DNA from: a virus
Lineage: Duplodnaviria > Caudoviricetes
Virus record (IMG/VR): IMGVR_UViG_3300028284_000029
Span: 1 to 24,340 of that record
Length of the DNA stretch: 24,340 nt
Strand: one strand, 5' to 3'
Part shown: one piece after another, positions 9,515-18,229 of the stretch
Layout: each line of letters opens with the position of its first letter
Position numbering within the stretch: the first letter of the stretch is position 1
Program-made: the position numbers and the translations under genes
The notes under the pieces: model-generated
What the model saw: only the letters and a program-made list of their open reading frames with translations
What the model was told of the DNA's origin: nothing
The model's database searches: none

Positions 9515-11346
9515 TAGTTAGTGACTCCAGCGGCAATCTCGCGAATAGAAACAAAGGTGTTGGAGATGTCTTGTTCTACAATATCTTCTCTGAAAGGGGT
9601 CAACGAACTTTCGTTGGCAGGTACAGCACTTACTTTAATGAAATTATTTGCCCCAACAAAGTTATCAACCTGTAATCCAACAATTGATACAACATCACCG
9701 CTATACGAACCTACGTTATCAACAATCACCTCATTGTCTTCACCATTGTATATTTCTAATTTATTAGTATTCAACTTGTTTCTTAGAACACAAGTCTTAT
9801 TTTTAAACAAGAATTGTGATGATGTTATAATGTAATCAACATCGTCTGGGGATTTTAACGGAACCGCAAATCGTAGAGTATGATCTTGTAAGACTGTCGG
9901 TTGTGGCGTAAACCTTCTCTGAACAAAAGTCTGTGAACGAGATGATAAAATAGCGGGAGATACATTATCCACAATGGTTAACAAATTAGAACGTCTGTAC
10001 GACTGTCCAAACTTACCAGTATTATCTGTGAAGTATTGTGTAATAGCAGTCTTTACTTTATTTAGAATTGTATTCCTAGACAGTGTTGTCAAACTAGGAT
10101 TGAATTGGAAAAACGTTCGGGTCTCAATAAAAGTTTTGACTGGATCAGTAAACTTGACAATGAACGAAGCAACTGCTAATTGTTTTACAAGGTCTTGAAT
10201 AGCATCTTTTGTATTCTGCTCTACCACCCCGCCTGGCGTGACCTCTGCATTAAAGAGAATTGACAAAAATACTGTACCAAATTCTGGTTCAAGTGCCTCT
10301 TCACCACCAAATGATTTCATGTCTTTTATCAGTGTGGAGAAATTACGTAGCACCAGTGCAGAGTAATCTACCGCAGTTACCATTCGGTTCTGAGTTGCAT
10401 ACTGAAAGGGAGCAAACTGTCTAATAGATTCCATAGATTCTTTGGGAGAACCTGCAATAGCATTACCAACAGTTGACACCGACACATCATAATTCTGACC
10501 CCCAATATTAATTTCTGCCTGTGGTTCAAACACTTTAGCAGTGTTAGATGCACGTCCACTTACCGCAAGGTAAGTTACAGTAACTTTTGAACCAGTCTTA
10601 GGTGCCTTACCCAAAGTTGTTCCGTTACCAAAGGACAATTCAAACAATCCATTAGGTGTTTCTTTGAGGAAGTACAATGTAGAGTTTTCATTAATATTGT
10701 TTGCATTAATGATATTTGTGTATGGCAGGAATACAGAAGAAGTCGGGTTTTCATAAACACGAACTATCGCGGTGCCAGTATCCATAGTATTATCTGGAAC
10801 GATATAGACTTCGTTGTCTTCGGCACGAGATACTATGAATGTTTTAACTCTTTCAATACCTTCATATATCTTAATATTTTTATTAGACGATGCGTCTTTA
10901 AATATATACAGACCATCACCATTATCATCAGCAGTTAAATCTTCTTGTGTTTGAAAAACAAATTCTTGTTCATCTACCGTTGCGTTGAACTTATATCCCG
11001 CAGGTAGTTGTATGGTAGTTGGTGCTCCAGAAACACCAGACAGATTCAACGTCAGATTGATAATTGCCTGTGATGATGTCATACTATCGGGAATATAACC
11101 AATACCTTCTGAAAGAGATACCAAAGAACTACGCAACTGTGCGGTTCCGAGGAATGATTCGTTCAAGGCAAAGTTGGCAGTAAGTCCATTGTAATGCGTA
11201 TTGTACGCAAGAACATCCAAGATATTTGACAGACCAGATGCTTCAAAGTTATAATCCGCAAACTCTTCTTGCTGTGCGAGGTATGTCTTTAAGTTATTCT
11301 TGATCGCATCAAAATCTAATGATGTTGATTGTATTGTTGTTGCCAT
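9514..11346 (-). CDS. gp6: Baseplate wedge subunit gp6
   Basis: LDFDAIKNNLKTYL, FADYNFEASGLSNILDVLAYNTHY, NESFLGTAQLRSSLVS, FGNG..GK, QNRMVTAVDY. Confidence 0.95.
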   Translation of the reverse strand: MATTIQSTSLDFDAIKNNLKTYLAQQEEFADYNFEASGLSNILDVLAYNTHYNGLTANFALNESFLGTAQLRSSLVSLSEGIGYIPDSMTSSQAIINLTLNLSGVSGAPTTIQLPAGYKFNATVDEQEFVFQTQEDLTADDNGDGLYIFKDASSNKNIKIYEGIERVKTFIVSRAEDNEVYIVPDNTMDTGTAIVRVYENPTSSVFLPYTNIINANNINENSTLYFLKETPNGLFELSFGNGTTLGKAPKTGSKVTVTYLAVSGRASNTAKVFEPQAEINIGGQNYDVSVSTVGNAIAGSPKESMESIRQFAPFQYATQNRMVTAVDYSALVLRNFSTLIKDMKSFGGEEALEPEFGTVFLSILFNAEVTPGGVVEQNTKDAIQDLVKQLAVASFIVKFTDPVKTFIETRTFFQFNPSLTTLSRNTILNKVKTAITQYFTDNTGKFGQSYRRSNLLTIVDNVSPAILSSRSQTFVQRRFTPQPTVLQDHTLRFAVPLKSPDDVDYIITSSQFLFKNKTCVLRNKLNTNKLEIYNGEDNEVIVDNVGSYSGDVVSIVGLQVDNFVGANNFIKVSAVPANESSLTPFREDIVEQDISNTFVSIREIAAGVTN

Positions 11347-11347
11347 T

Positions 11348-11797
11348 TTATCTTAACCTTGCTAGTGTGGTAGTGAATTCAACTTGCTCTTCCGTATTAA
11401 CAATTTTGAATTTTAAAATTACGTCTAGGGTGTTTCTATCTGGTTGCAGGGATACCTTAATATCTAGTATTTCTGCTCTAGGTTCATATATACCAATACT
11501 CTCAATAATACTTCGTCTTACAATAGAAGACCTTCCTCTATCTGCCAACTCAAATAACTGAGATACAATGTCCGCACCAAAGTCTGGACGAAAAGGTTTC
11601 TCCAAGGAATTGGTCATTATAAGCGTTTTTACTGCTTGTTTAACTGCCCCACTATTCGTCTTCTTGTAGATGTCTCCACCAGTAGGTTTGGACGAGAAAG
11701 TTAAATCAATATCAGTATAACCTCGTGTCCGACTTGCCGTAATGGATGCCGTTTGTAGGTTAGTGTCTTCTTGTGCGAATGCTCTACGTATTGCCAT
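11348..11797 (-). CDS. gp25: Baseplate wedge / sheath initiator gp25
   Basis: YTDIDLTF, AVKQAVKTLIMTN..EKPFRPDFG, YEPRAE. Lies directly upstream of gp6. Confidence 0.93.
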   Translation of the reverse strand: MAIRRAFAQEDTNLQTASITASRTRGYTDIDLTFSSKPTGGDIYKKTNSGAVKQAVKTLIMTNSLEKPFRPDFGADIVSQLFELADRGRSSIVRRSIIESIGIYEPRAEILDIKVSLQPDRNTLDVILKFKIVNTEEQVEFTTTLARLR

Positions 11798-11802
11798 AGT
11801 TC

Positions 11803-11810
11803 TATTTATA
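11803..11810 (-). promoter_or_regulatory. T4-type late promoter, 5 nt upstream of the gp25 ATG
   Basis: Minus strand reads TATAAATA-GAACT-ATG. Confidence 0.88.
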
Positions 11811-11817
11811 TGACTTT

Positions 11818-12411
11818 TTAGTCACTTTCCTTTATTTCTACTAATTCGTTTCCACTCATTAGTGTGTTATTGAAATAAGTTTCCACATCACCATCAAATC
11901 TAATATCAAAGGATTCTGGTGTGGTAGGGAACTCTATACCAATCTGTGCGGTAAGACTTCCGTCTGGATTGTATTGATCATAATCAAGGTACAGTTTTTT
12001 AAATCTGATATAATCTTTCAGATACTCAGCAACATCAAATGTCTTCTCTAGACTAATCTTACCTTCCTGATCTATCACTTGATAATACACAAGTCTGCCA
12101 TCAGATTTCTTCTGCATGGTCTTGTTGTTCTCATCAACCTCTCGTGGTTTGTAGAGACCCTCAGACACAATCAAACGAATGTCATTGAAATTTTCTGTAT
12201 TACCATTGATGATTCTCATTGCTTCTGCTTGTAAGTACAGGTGCCGCGCAATTTGCTGTCGTGCCGTATTGGTTATAACATGGTTAAATGGTGTCTTGTC
12301 TCCATATGCACCAAGAAACTTTGCGATTGTAACGCCAGGACCGAGTTTAGTCGCAGACGTAATCTGCCCTTGCTTGTTCGGATTGTATACTGGATCAACT
12401 AAAATTATCAT
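11818..12411 (-). CDS. Hypothetical gp5-associated protein, possibly a degenerate peptidase M15-like fold
   Basis: ATGA overlap with the gp5 C-terminal gene. TKLGPGVTIAKFL...ARHLYLQAEAM...RLIVSEGLY loosely parallels M15A LS.NFTL.EF...NL..L...I.ISSGYR. The CDS is solid; the function is tentative. Confidence 0.55.
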   Translation of the reverse strand: MIILVDPVYNPNKQGQITSATKLGPGVTIAKFLGAYGDKTPFNHVITNTARQQIARHLYLQAEAMRIINGNTENFNDIRLIVSEGLYKPREVDENNKTMQKKSDGRLVYYQVIDQEGKISLEKTFDVAEYLKDYIRFKKLYLDYDQYNPDGSLTAQIGIEFPTTPESFDIRFDGDVETYFNNTLMSGNELVEIKESD

Positions 12412-13919
12412 GGTGTAAATCTCTTTCCTCTATTCTCAATTGCATTACCAATTGGTTCAAACCCAAATCTAGATGATGGGGATTTCTTCACTGTTCTACC
12501 AATGGCAGGCGGACTCTTTATTTTATATCTTGGATTTAATCTTTCTTCGGAAACAAGTATATTCCCAACCAACTCTCTATTCGTATCACTTCTGAATGCA
12601 GAACGAATCTCTTGGGTTGTTGGTACATGGTTGAATACATCCTCATAATCATCACTAAGTAGTGTCTTAGTTAACAATACATCTCCACCGTCAACCACAA
12701 CAGTCCTAATTGCATAGTCACCATTCATTACCTGTCCCACTACCCACTGTGATGTTATCTGTGCTTGGGGTGGTTCTGTGTGACCAGTTGGTAGTGCCAT
12801 CTCTTCCTTTGCAAGCATAGGTATATGGAAATTTGCCGACAGAATCTTGGGCACTGTAAATGTTGACGCACCAGTTGCGGCAGTACCCGCAGTCACTGCG
12901 GTTAGTGATGCCTTTGCATTTGATGCGTAGTACGATCTCAATGAAAGGTCTGCCTTGTCTGCGTGGTTTGATTTGATTGCTTCAAGTGCCTTACCATAGA
13001 ACGAACCATAGAACACCGCACCAGAATTAAATGGAACCGCACCCTCACCACCTTGGAATACGTTACCTGTGAAGTCCACCATATCACCACCCACGGCACC
13101 CCTCTGTCCTAGAACAGAAACATACTTAGCGCCAGTAATGTTTGTAACAGGGGCAGACACCGCAAAGGATTCCTCACCCGAAACAAAGACTGACGATCCT
13201 CCTGCAATTTCTACATTACCCTCAATCGCAGATTTATAATCCAACTTCACTTGATGATTATGTTCACCAAGAATCACATCGGTTTGAGTACTCATGGTTT
13301 TGTTGATCTTACTCTTCTTGACAGTCTCTTCACGATTACCTGTGGTGATCGTTCGGTGATTCTCTAGGATGTTCTCTCGTAGACTACCTGCCACATTAAG
13401 ATTATAGTTACCACCAACATCAACATTATAGTCACCAGTCACCTTCATGTTCAAGTTACCCTGATACACGAGATTACCATTACCCTCAATGATAACAGTC
13501 TGGTCACCACCAGTCACTTCTACCTTGTTGTTTACAGCAGAGATAATAACAGAACCATCTGCTCTCATCTCTACACCCGCACCTGTACGGTGTTTAATTA
13601 ATACTCGTTCACCGCCTGGCGTATCGTCTTGTTCAATAACATGACCAGATATAGTTTCTTGTACTTGGTTGAATGGATACTCGGAAGGACGTTGTGCCTG
13701 TATGTTCAGAGACACACCAATGTCACCACCCCCAACATAGAGATTGTTTACTTTAGACCCACGAGATGCCTTATTGATTGATGTCCCAAAGTTATAATCT
13801 CTCTTGGGGTATTCACCTGTGGGGTCTTGCATACCATTTTGAGGAACACCCAGACTCTCTTCAAGTGCCTCTCCAAGTTTAGCAACTCTTAAATCAAAAT
13901 TGTCTTTTTTAGTTGTCAC
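12408..13919 (-). CDS. gp5: gp5 C-terminal part: baseplate hub spike (beta-helix)
   Basis: GTG start with a GGAG SD. DPTGEYP, YPFNQVQETISGHVIEQDDTPGGERVLIKHRTG, then 8-residue V-x-G-[DN] repeats (VTGDYNVD VGGNYNLN VAGSLREN). Confidence 0.88.
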   Translation of the reverse strand: MTTKKDNFDLRVAKLGEALEESLGVPQNGMQDPTGEYPKRDYNFGTSINKASRGSKVNNLYVGGGDIGVSLNIQAQRPSEYPFNQVQETISGHVIEQDDTPGGERVLIKHRTGAGVEMRADGSVIISAVNNKVEVTGGDQTVIIEGNGNLVYQGNLNMKVTGDYNVDVGGNYNLNVAGSLRENILENHRTITTGNREETVKKSKINKTMSTQTDVILGEHNHQVKLDYKSAIEGNVEIAGGSSVFVSGEESFAVSAPVTNITGAKYVSVLGQRGAVGGDMVDFTGNVFQGGEGAVPFNSGAVFYGSFYGKALEAIKSNHADKADLSLRSYYASNAKASLTAVTAGTAATGASTFTVPKILSANFHIPMLAKEEMALPTGHTEPPQAQITSQWVVGQVMNGDYAIRTVVVDGGDVLLTKTLLSDDYEDVFNHVPTTQEIRSAFRSDTNRELVGNILVSEERLNPRYKIKSPPAIGRTVKKSPSSRFGFEPIGNAIENRGKRFTP

Positions 13920-16003
13920 TGATTCATCTCCGATGGACTCAATGGTAAGGAATTTAGGGGATCGGTTGTTTGGTTTTGTTTTCTAAACACAGACTCAACA
14001 TAATCTACCACATCAAAGTATGGGTCAGACTCACTTGCGTCAATATCATTGTGACCGAACACTTGACCGCCAGGAAATCTACGATAGAATCCTCTTAAAA
14101 ACTTCTCTAATGTTGTAAACTGTTCTCGTGTAAATGCCTGAGAAGATCGGTAGTCTGTTGGGTTATCCTCACCAGTAGAAACATTAATACCACCAACCAG
14201 TACAATACCTATGGAATATTTATTATGACTGGATGCGTGATCTCCCTCGGTATTAACGGGTCTGCCTCGTTGCAGTCTACCATCCCTTCTTATCACATAA
14301 TGATATCCAATACCATCATGTTCCATTTCAATTTGCATGTTGTTTATTTCTATAGAACCGATGTCTTTGTTTGTATGAGTATCGGATGCGTGAATCACGA
14401 CTTCGGTCACATCTCGTTTCACATTAGTAAATTCTGTATCCAACTCCTCTACCGATGAAACATAGGTAAAGACATCGTTCGGACTATTTTTACCACTCCA
14501 CTTAGAGGACTGATCAATAGGTTTGCCTTCATCATAAAGACTTGCATCAATAACAACAGTGCCACCAATAGTGGTATCCAACTGCTTCATCTTATTGTCA
14601 ATGGTAGAAATTTCTTGTTGTGCTCTCGCAATCTCTTGTTCGGGAACACCTTGTGCCTTTGCCTTTTCTATCATCTGTATTTGCATATCTAATGTACTAG
14701 ATGTGTTTTCGTCTGTAGCAAGGATTCCTTTCATACGATCTGATATATTTTGAGATTTACCAGATATCGTCTTGACTGCTTCTTTTTGTAATCTAGGATT
14801 ACCGCTAGTAAACCTTGATAGAATTTGTTGTCTCTCTTGATCAGTCGCGAGAATACCACCATCAACAATCTTACGGATAAAGGATGATGCGGCATTGGAC
14901 AATCCCTCTGCAATATTCTGTAGAGAACCTTGTAATCCTTGGTTTGTCCGCACATCAAATTCTGCATTGAAATCATCCGCTGCATCTTTTGCCTCGTTGA
15001 TTATTGCTCTGACCTCAGTCAAATCCGTTCCTATCACAGTATCCATATCGGGTAAAGTGTCTAGTTCTGCCTTGAGTGACTGATATTCTGTCATTAACTC
15101 TTTGATACCAGTGGAATTCTCAACGGTGTCCTTTACATTCTGAACAAATCCATCTAACTTGTCTATTTGAAGTGCATCTTTTATTCCTGACTCAAGTTCA
15201 CTACCCGCTAAGTCAATCTTATTCTGTACCGCAGTTATCTGCTCATTTAATGCGGCAACTGGTGCCAAAGAACTGAACTGTGCGGTTAGATTACCCGCAA
15301 AGGAAAGAGCACTTGTTACCGCAGAGATTGCTCCCATTAGTCCACCACCCCCCGCAGACTTTGGTTTTAATGAGTCTACAACAGTGGTGAATTCAATAAG
15401 GTCAGCATATGCCTCAGATTTTTTATTCTCCGCAATAGCAATACACTCAGCAACACTTTCCGCAGTACCATCACACACAACCGCAAGTGCAGAAGTAGGA
15501 TTACTTGCCTTGATGGCGGGAAGACCTGTCATAGCATTAACACTTGTTTCCAGAGTGCCAAACCCTCGTGCCTCGTCTGCGGAATCGCGACCCGCACCTC
15601 GTAATACAGATAGAGTACCACTACCATCAGAGTCTATACCTAATGTATTGAGAACAAGACTCCCTGCCGAATCAGCAGAGGACTTAAATCGTAGGAATTC
15701 ACCATTAGAGTCTGTTACGGTATCTTGGGTGACTACAAGCACATTGCCTAGCACACCATTTGTAGGAAACGTATCGGTGATTGTGCCAACATGACTAGTA
15801 ATAACTTCTTCACTTGAATTAGTAGTTTGTCCTAATGATTTAATGCCACCAACAACTGCACCATCTTGTTGACCAAGAACAGTATTTCTTTTGACAAAGG
15901 TCTGGTCAACGGACTCGGTTGCCCTAGTTTTTAGGGTACCTGCCTGACTCTTTTTGTCTTCGGTTTTAAGAACAGTGTTTAATTTACGTTTACTAAGTGA
16001 CAT
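13916..16003 (-). CDS. 695-aa protein with a long helical region and a C-terminal N-acetylmuramoyl-L-alanine amidase (Amidase_2, T7 lysozyme-like)
   Basis: EVVIHA (H538), GIGYHYVIRRDG (Y567), GRP...GDHA..HNKYSIGIVLVGG, FTREQF, VFGHND (H651), SDPYFDV (D660). Confidence 0.88.
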   Translation of the reverse strand: MSLSKRKLNTVLKTEDKKSQAGTLKTRATESVDQTFVKRNTVLGQQDGAVVGGIKSLGQTTNSSEEVITSHVGTITDTFPTNGVLGNVLVVTQDTVTDSNGEFLRFKSSADSAGSLVLNTLGIDSDGSGTLSVLRGAGRDSADEARGFGTLETSVNAMTGLPAIKASNPTSALAVVCDGTAESVAECIAIAENKKSEAYADLIEFTTVVDSLKPKSAGGGGLMGAISAVTSALSFAGNLTAQFSSLAPVAALNEQITAVQNKIDLAGSELESGIKDALQIDKLDGFVQNVKDTVENSTGIKELMTEYQSLKAELDTLPDMDTVIGTDLTEVRAIINEAKDAADDFNAEFDVRTNQGLQGSLQNIAEGLSNAASSFIRKIVDGGILATDQERQQILSRFTSGNPRLQKEAVKTISGKSQNISDRMKGILATDENTSSTLDMQIQMIEKAKAQGVPEQEIARAQQEISTIDNKMKQLDTTIGGTVVIDASLYDEGKPIDQSSKWSGKNSPNDVFTYVSSVEELDTEFTNVKRDVTEVVIHASDTHTNKDIGSIEINNMQIEMEHDGIGYHYVIRRDGRLQRGRPVNTEGDHASSHNKYSIGIVLVGGINVSTGEDNPTDYRSSQAFTREQFTTLEKFLRGFYRRFPGGQVFGHNDIDASESDPYFDVVDYVESVFRKQNQTTDPLNSLPLSPSEMNQ

Positions 16004-16863
16004 TATGCTATCCTATCAGTCAATCGTCTTGCTTGCAATTCTATGTTCTTCACCGCATCCGGTCTCTGTAAATAGTACTTAGCAAATATTTGACAGATTC
16101 CGTTGTTATCAAGTTTGTCTGATTGTAGCAATCTTATATTAGCACTAGATTGTGTGCCGTTTAATTCGTATGCAACAAATGATAACTGAGTAAGAAATAG
16201 ACTACTACTATTAGAGTATTTCAGCAGGTCATCATATCGTCTATCACTAAACGCACCAATTCCCTTTGATTGAGGGGTGATCCCAGTACGCATACCAGAC
16301 ACGAAAGAAAGTCCCGCAGTAATACCGATTGCTTGTTTCTCGGTGTATCCTATGTTCAAGAAGAATGCTACCGAACTTTTCTCTCTTGCAAGTTTTGTTA
16401 CATTCTGAATACCACCAGTCTCATCATTTCTGATATCTGACAAGTCGGGTGCTATTGCTCCGGTAAACTTTTGCCACATACTTTCTGGTTTGTTATCCAC
16501 ACCAGTGTCTTCAACTGATTGCCCCATCTGTACCGCACTAGGAAATTCCACGTGAGGAATTGATCCCAACACAATAGGTGTCTGTGAGTTTGTCCCATCC
16601 ATGAACATACCAAATACCAATGCACTTGGTTGTAGTTGTGGCATTCTTCCGATACCAGACGCACCACCTTCGGTAGTAGGAACCACGCATTGTGCCCAAG
16701 GCAAATCTGCTTGGGGAATTAGTCGGGTGGATTCTGTGTGTAATCCGTGAACACGAATCTTTACTCGTCCTTCAAAACCATATGGGGGTGACGCATCCAC
16801 AACAGTCGCAATGAACCATCGTGTATTGTCTCCATAGAACTCAGATAGAATTGGTTGAGGCAT
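16003..16863 (-). CDS. gp5: gp5 N-terminal part: OB-fold plus phage-tail-lysozyme-like domain
   Basis: WFIATVVD..GRVKIRVHGLH..LPWA..SGIG..VFGMFMDG..Q.PIVLGSIP is the gp5 OB-fold (aa 1-103). Residues ~165-286 (FFLNIGYTEKQAIGITAGL...TQLSFVAYEL) resemble Phage_lysozyme2. Confidence 0.85.
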   Translation of the reverse strand: MPQPILSEFYGDNTRWFIATVVDASPPYGFEGRVKIRVHGLHTESTRLIPQADLPWAQCVVPTTEGGASGIGRMPQLQPSALVFGMFMDGTNSQTPIVLGSIPHVEFPSAVQMGQSVEDTGVDNKPESMWQKFTGAIAPDLSDIRNDETGGIQNVTKLAREKSSVAFFLNIGYTEKQAIGITAGLSFVSGMRTGITPQSKGIGAFSDRRYDDLLKYSNSSSLFLTQLSFVAYELNGTQSSANIRLLQSDKLDNNGICQIFAKYYLQRPDAVKNIELQARRLTDRIA

Positions 16864-18227
16864 TACGGAAGTTTCTCCATTTTACACAGGTTCATTGACA
16901 CCTTATGTGACGTACCACTAAAGGTGTGTCTTGTATCATAGATAATAAAATCACCAGACTTTGCCTTATCAATTAGGTCTTCTTCAGTGCTATCACTTGA
17001 GTTTTCTACGTTGTCGTTCGCAACCTTTAGGTTTACGATATCTCCGACAGATGCCTTTGCGATAATTAAACCCGCACCTTCTACCGTTATATTTAGCATG
17101 TTCTTATATAGGTGATTGAGTACTGACTTACTTTCAAGTTTCTTTTTGAACTTGGATGCATCATACTCATCGTGATAACTTTTTCTTCTACCATAAGTCC
17201 CCGTTGATGTCACGGTATGAAATACATGTGAATCATATTCATCAACTGGTTTATCCGCAACTTTAAATGTAGGGTCAAATACATTCTGGTTCTTGCCCAA
17301 AATATTAGTACTAGTCATTCTATCTAGTACGTTTCGTATGCTGTGGTGTGTCTTGAATATCTCACCAGTATTAAGATTGGTGTTATTCATCGCGGCACCA
17401 ATTGCACCCCGTTGAACCAGTTGCAAAGTATTAGCAGACTTACCCATTGTTATTGCTTTAATAGCAAAGGTCTTTTCAAATTCTGTCTGGGAATCTGCGG
17501 TTGATACGTTGGCAGGGTTATATGTGTAGGGTAATTGTGTGTTCCACGCTTTTTGTGATAACATGGAATCAAGGCAACCTAAACGCAGATTATTATCATG
17601 CATTGTTGCATAAGTAAAGAATGGTGCACCAGTCACTGATGTTGCTCTACTGGTTAACCATCTGACCGCATCTATGGGTGAAAGATTTGGGATGATACCC
17701 CTCATGTTCGTCTGCACTGGAGTAATACTTTCTCCACTAGGTAATGTCAAGTATGATAGGTCAATATTTAACTTCATCTCTGTCGCAAGTAGTTTAATCA
17801 GAATTTCGTCAATACGACCATTAAACGACCTGCTAAGTTTCTTTAGGGATGATAGGAATGCGTGTTCGTCAAGTAATGTAAATGAATACATACTTGATTT
17901 TCCGTTGTCGTTTGACTTGACTTGGTCTTCTATACCTGTCATAATGAAAGTGCGTGAGAACACAGTGTCCAAAGTATTGTCAACCGATGCCATTTCAATG
18001 GTGAATCTCTCGCTACCTTGGAAACTTATTCGGTCAAATAATGATTTATCGTCAAGAATAACCACCGAACCAGTAAGATAGGGTTTGTCCAGACTCTCAA
18101 AGATGTTCAGTTCGGCAACAGATGTACGAACATCAAACGTATTGACATTGAGTCCGCCAAGACGATCTGCGGATATTTCCGCTTTTGTAATCTTGAACTG
18201 TTGAGACTGAGTTGTTTTACTACCCAC
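16863..18227 (-). CDS. Baseplate hub protein, gp27-like
   Basis: GTG start. ELNIFESLDKPYLTGSVVILD..QGSE at the N-terminus and LNITVEG...VGDIVNL...KSGDFIIYDTRHTF at the C-terminus. Lies between gp53 and gp5. Confidence 0.7.
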   Translation of the reverse strand: MGSKTTQSQQFKITKAEISADRLGGLNVNTFDVRTSVAELNIFESLDKPYLTGSVVILDDKSLFDRISFQGSERFTIEMASVDNTLDTVFSRTFIMTGIEDQVKSNDNGKSSMYSFTLLDEHAFLSSLKKLSRSFNGRIDEILIKLLATEMKLNIDLSYLTLPSGESITPVQTNMRGIIPNLSPIDAVRWLTSRATSVTGAPFFTYATMHDNNLRLGCLDSMLSQKAWNTQLPYTYNPANVSTADSQTEFEKTFAIKAITMGKSANTLQLVQRGAIGAAMNNTNLNTGEIFKTHHSIRNVLDRMTSTNILGKNQNVFDPTFKVADKPVDEYDSHVFHTVTSTGTYGRRKSYHDEYDASKFKKKLESKSVLNHLYKNMLNITVEGAGLIIAKASVGDIVNLKVANDNVENSSDSTEEDLIDKAKSGDFIIYDTRHTFSGTSHKVSMNLCKMEKLP

Positions 18228-18229
18228 TT

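Noticed and set aside
13916-14416. Amidase as the phage endolysin or lysis cassette
   Set aside because: It is fused to a 500-aa stalk inside the gp5 locus, with no holin or spanin nearby. A virion role is more plausible, though unproven.
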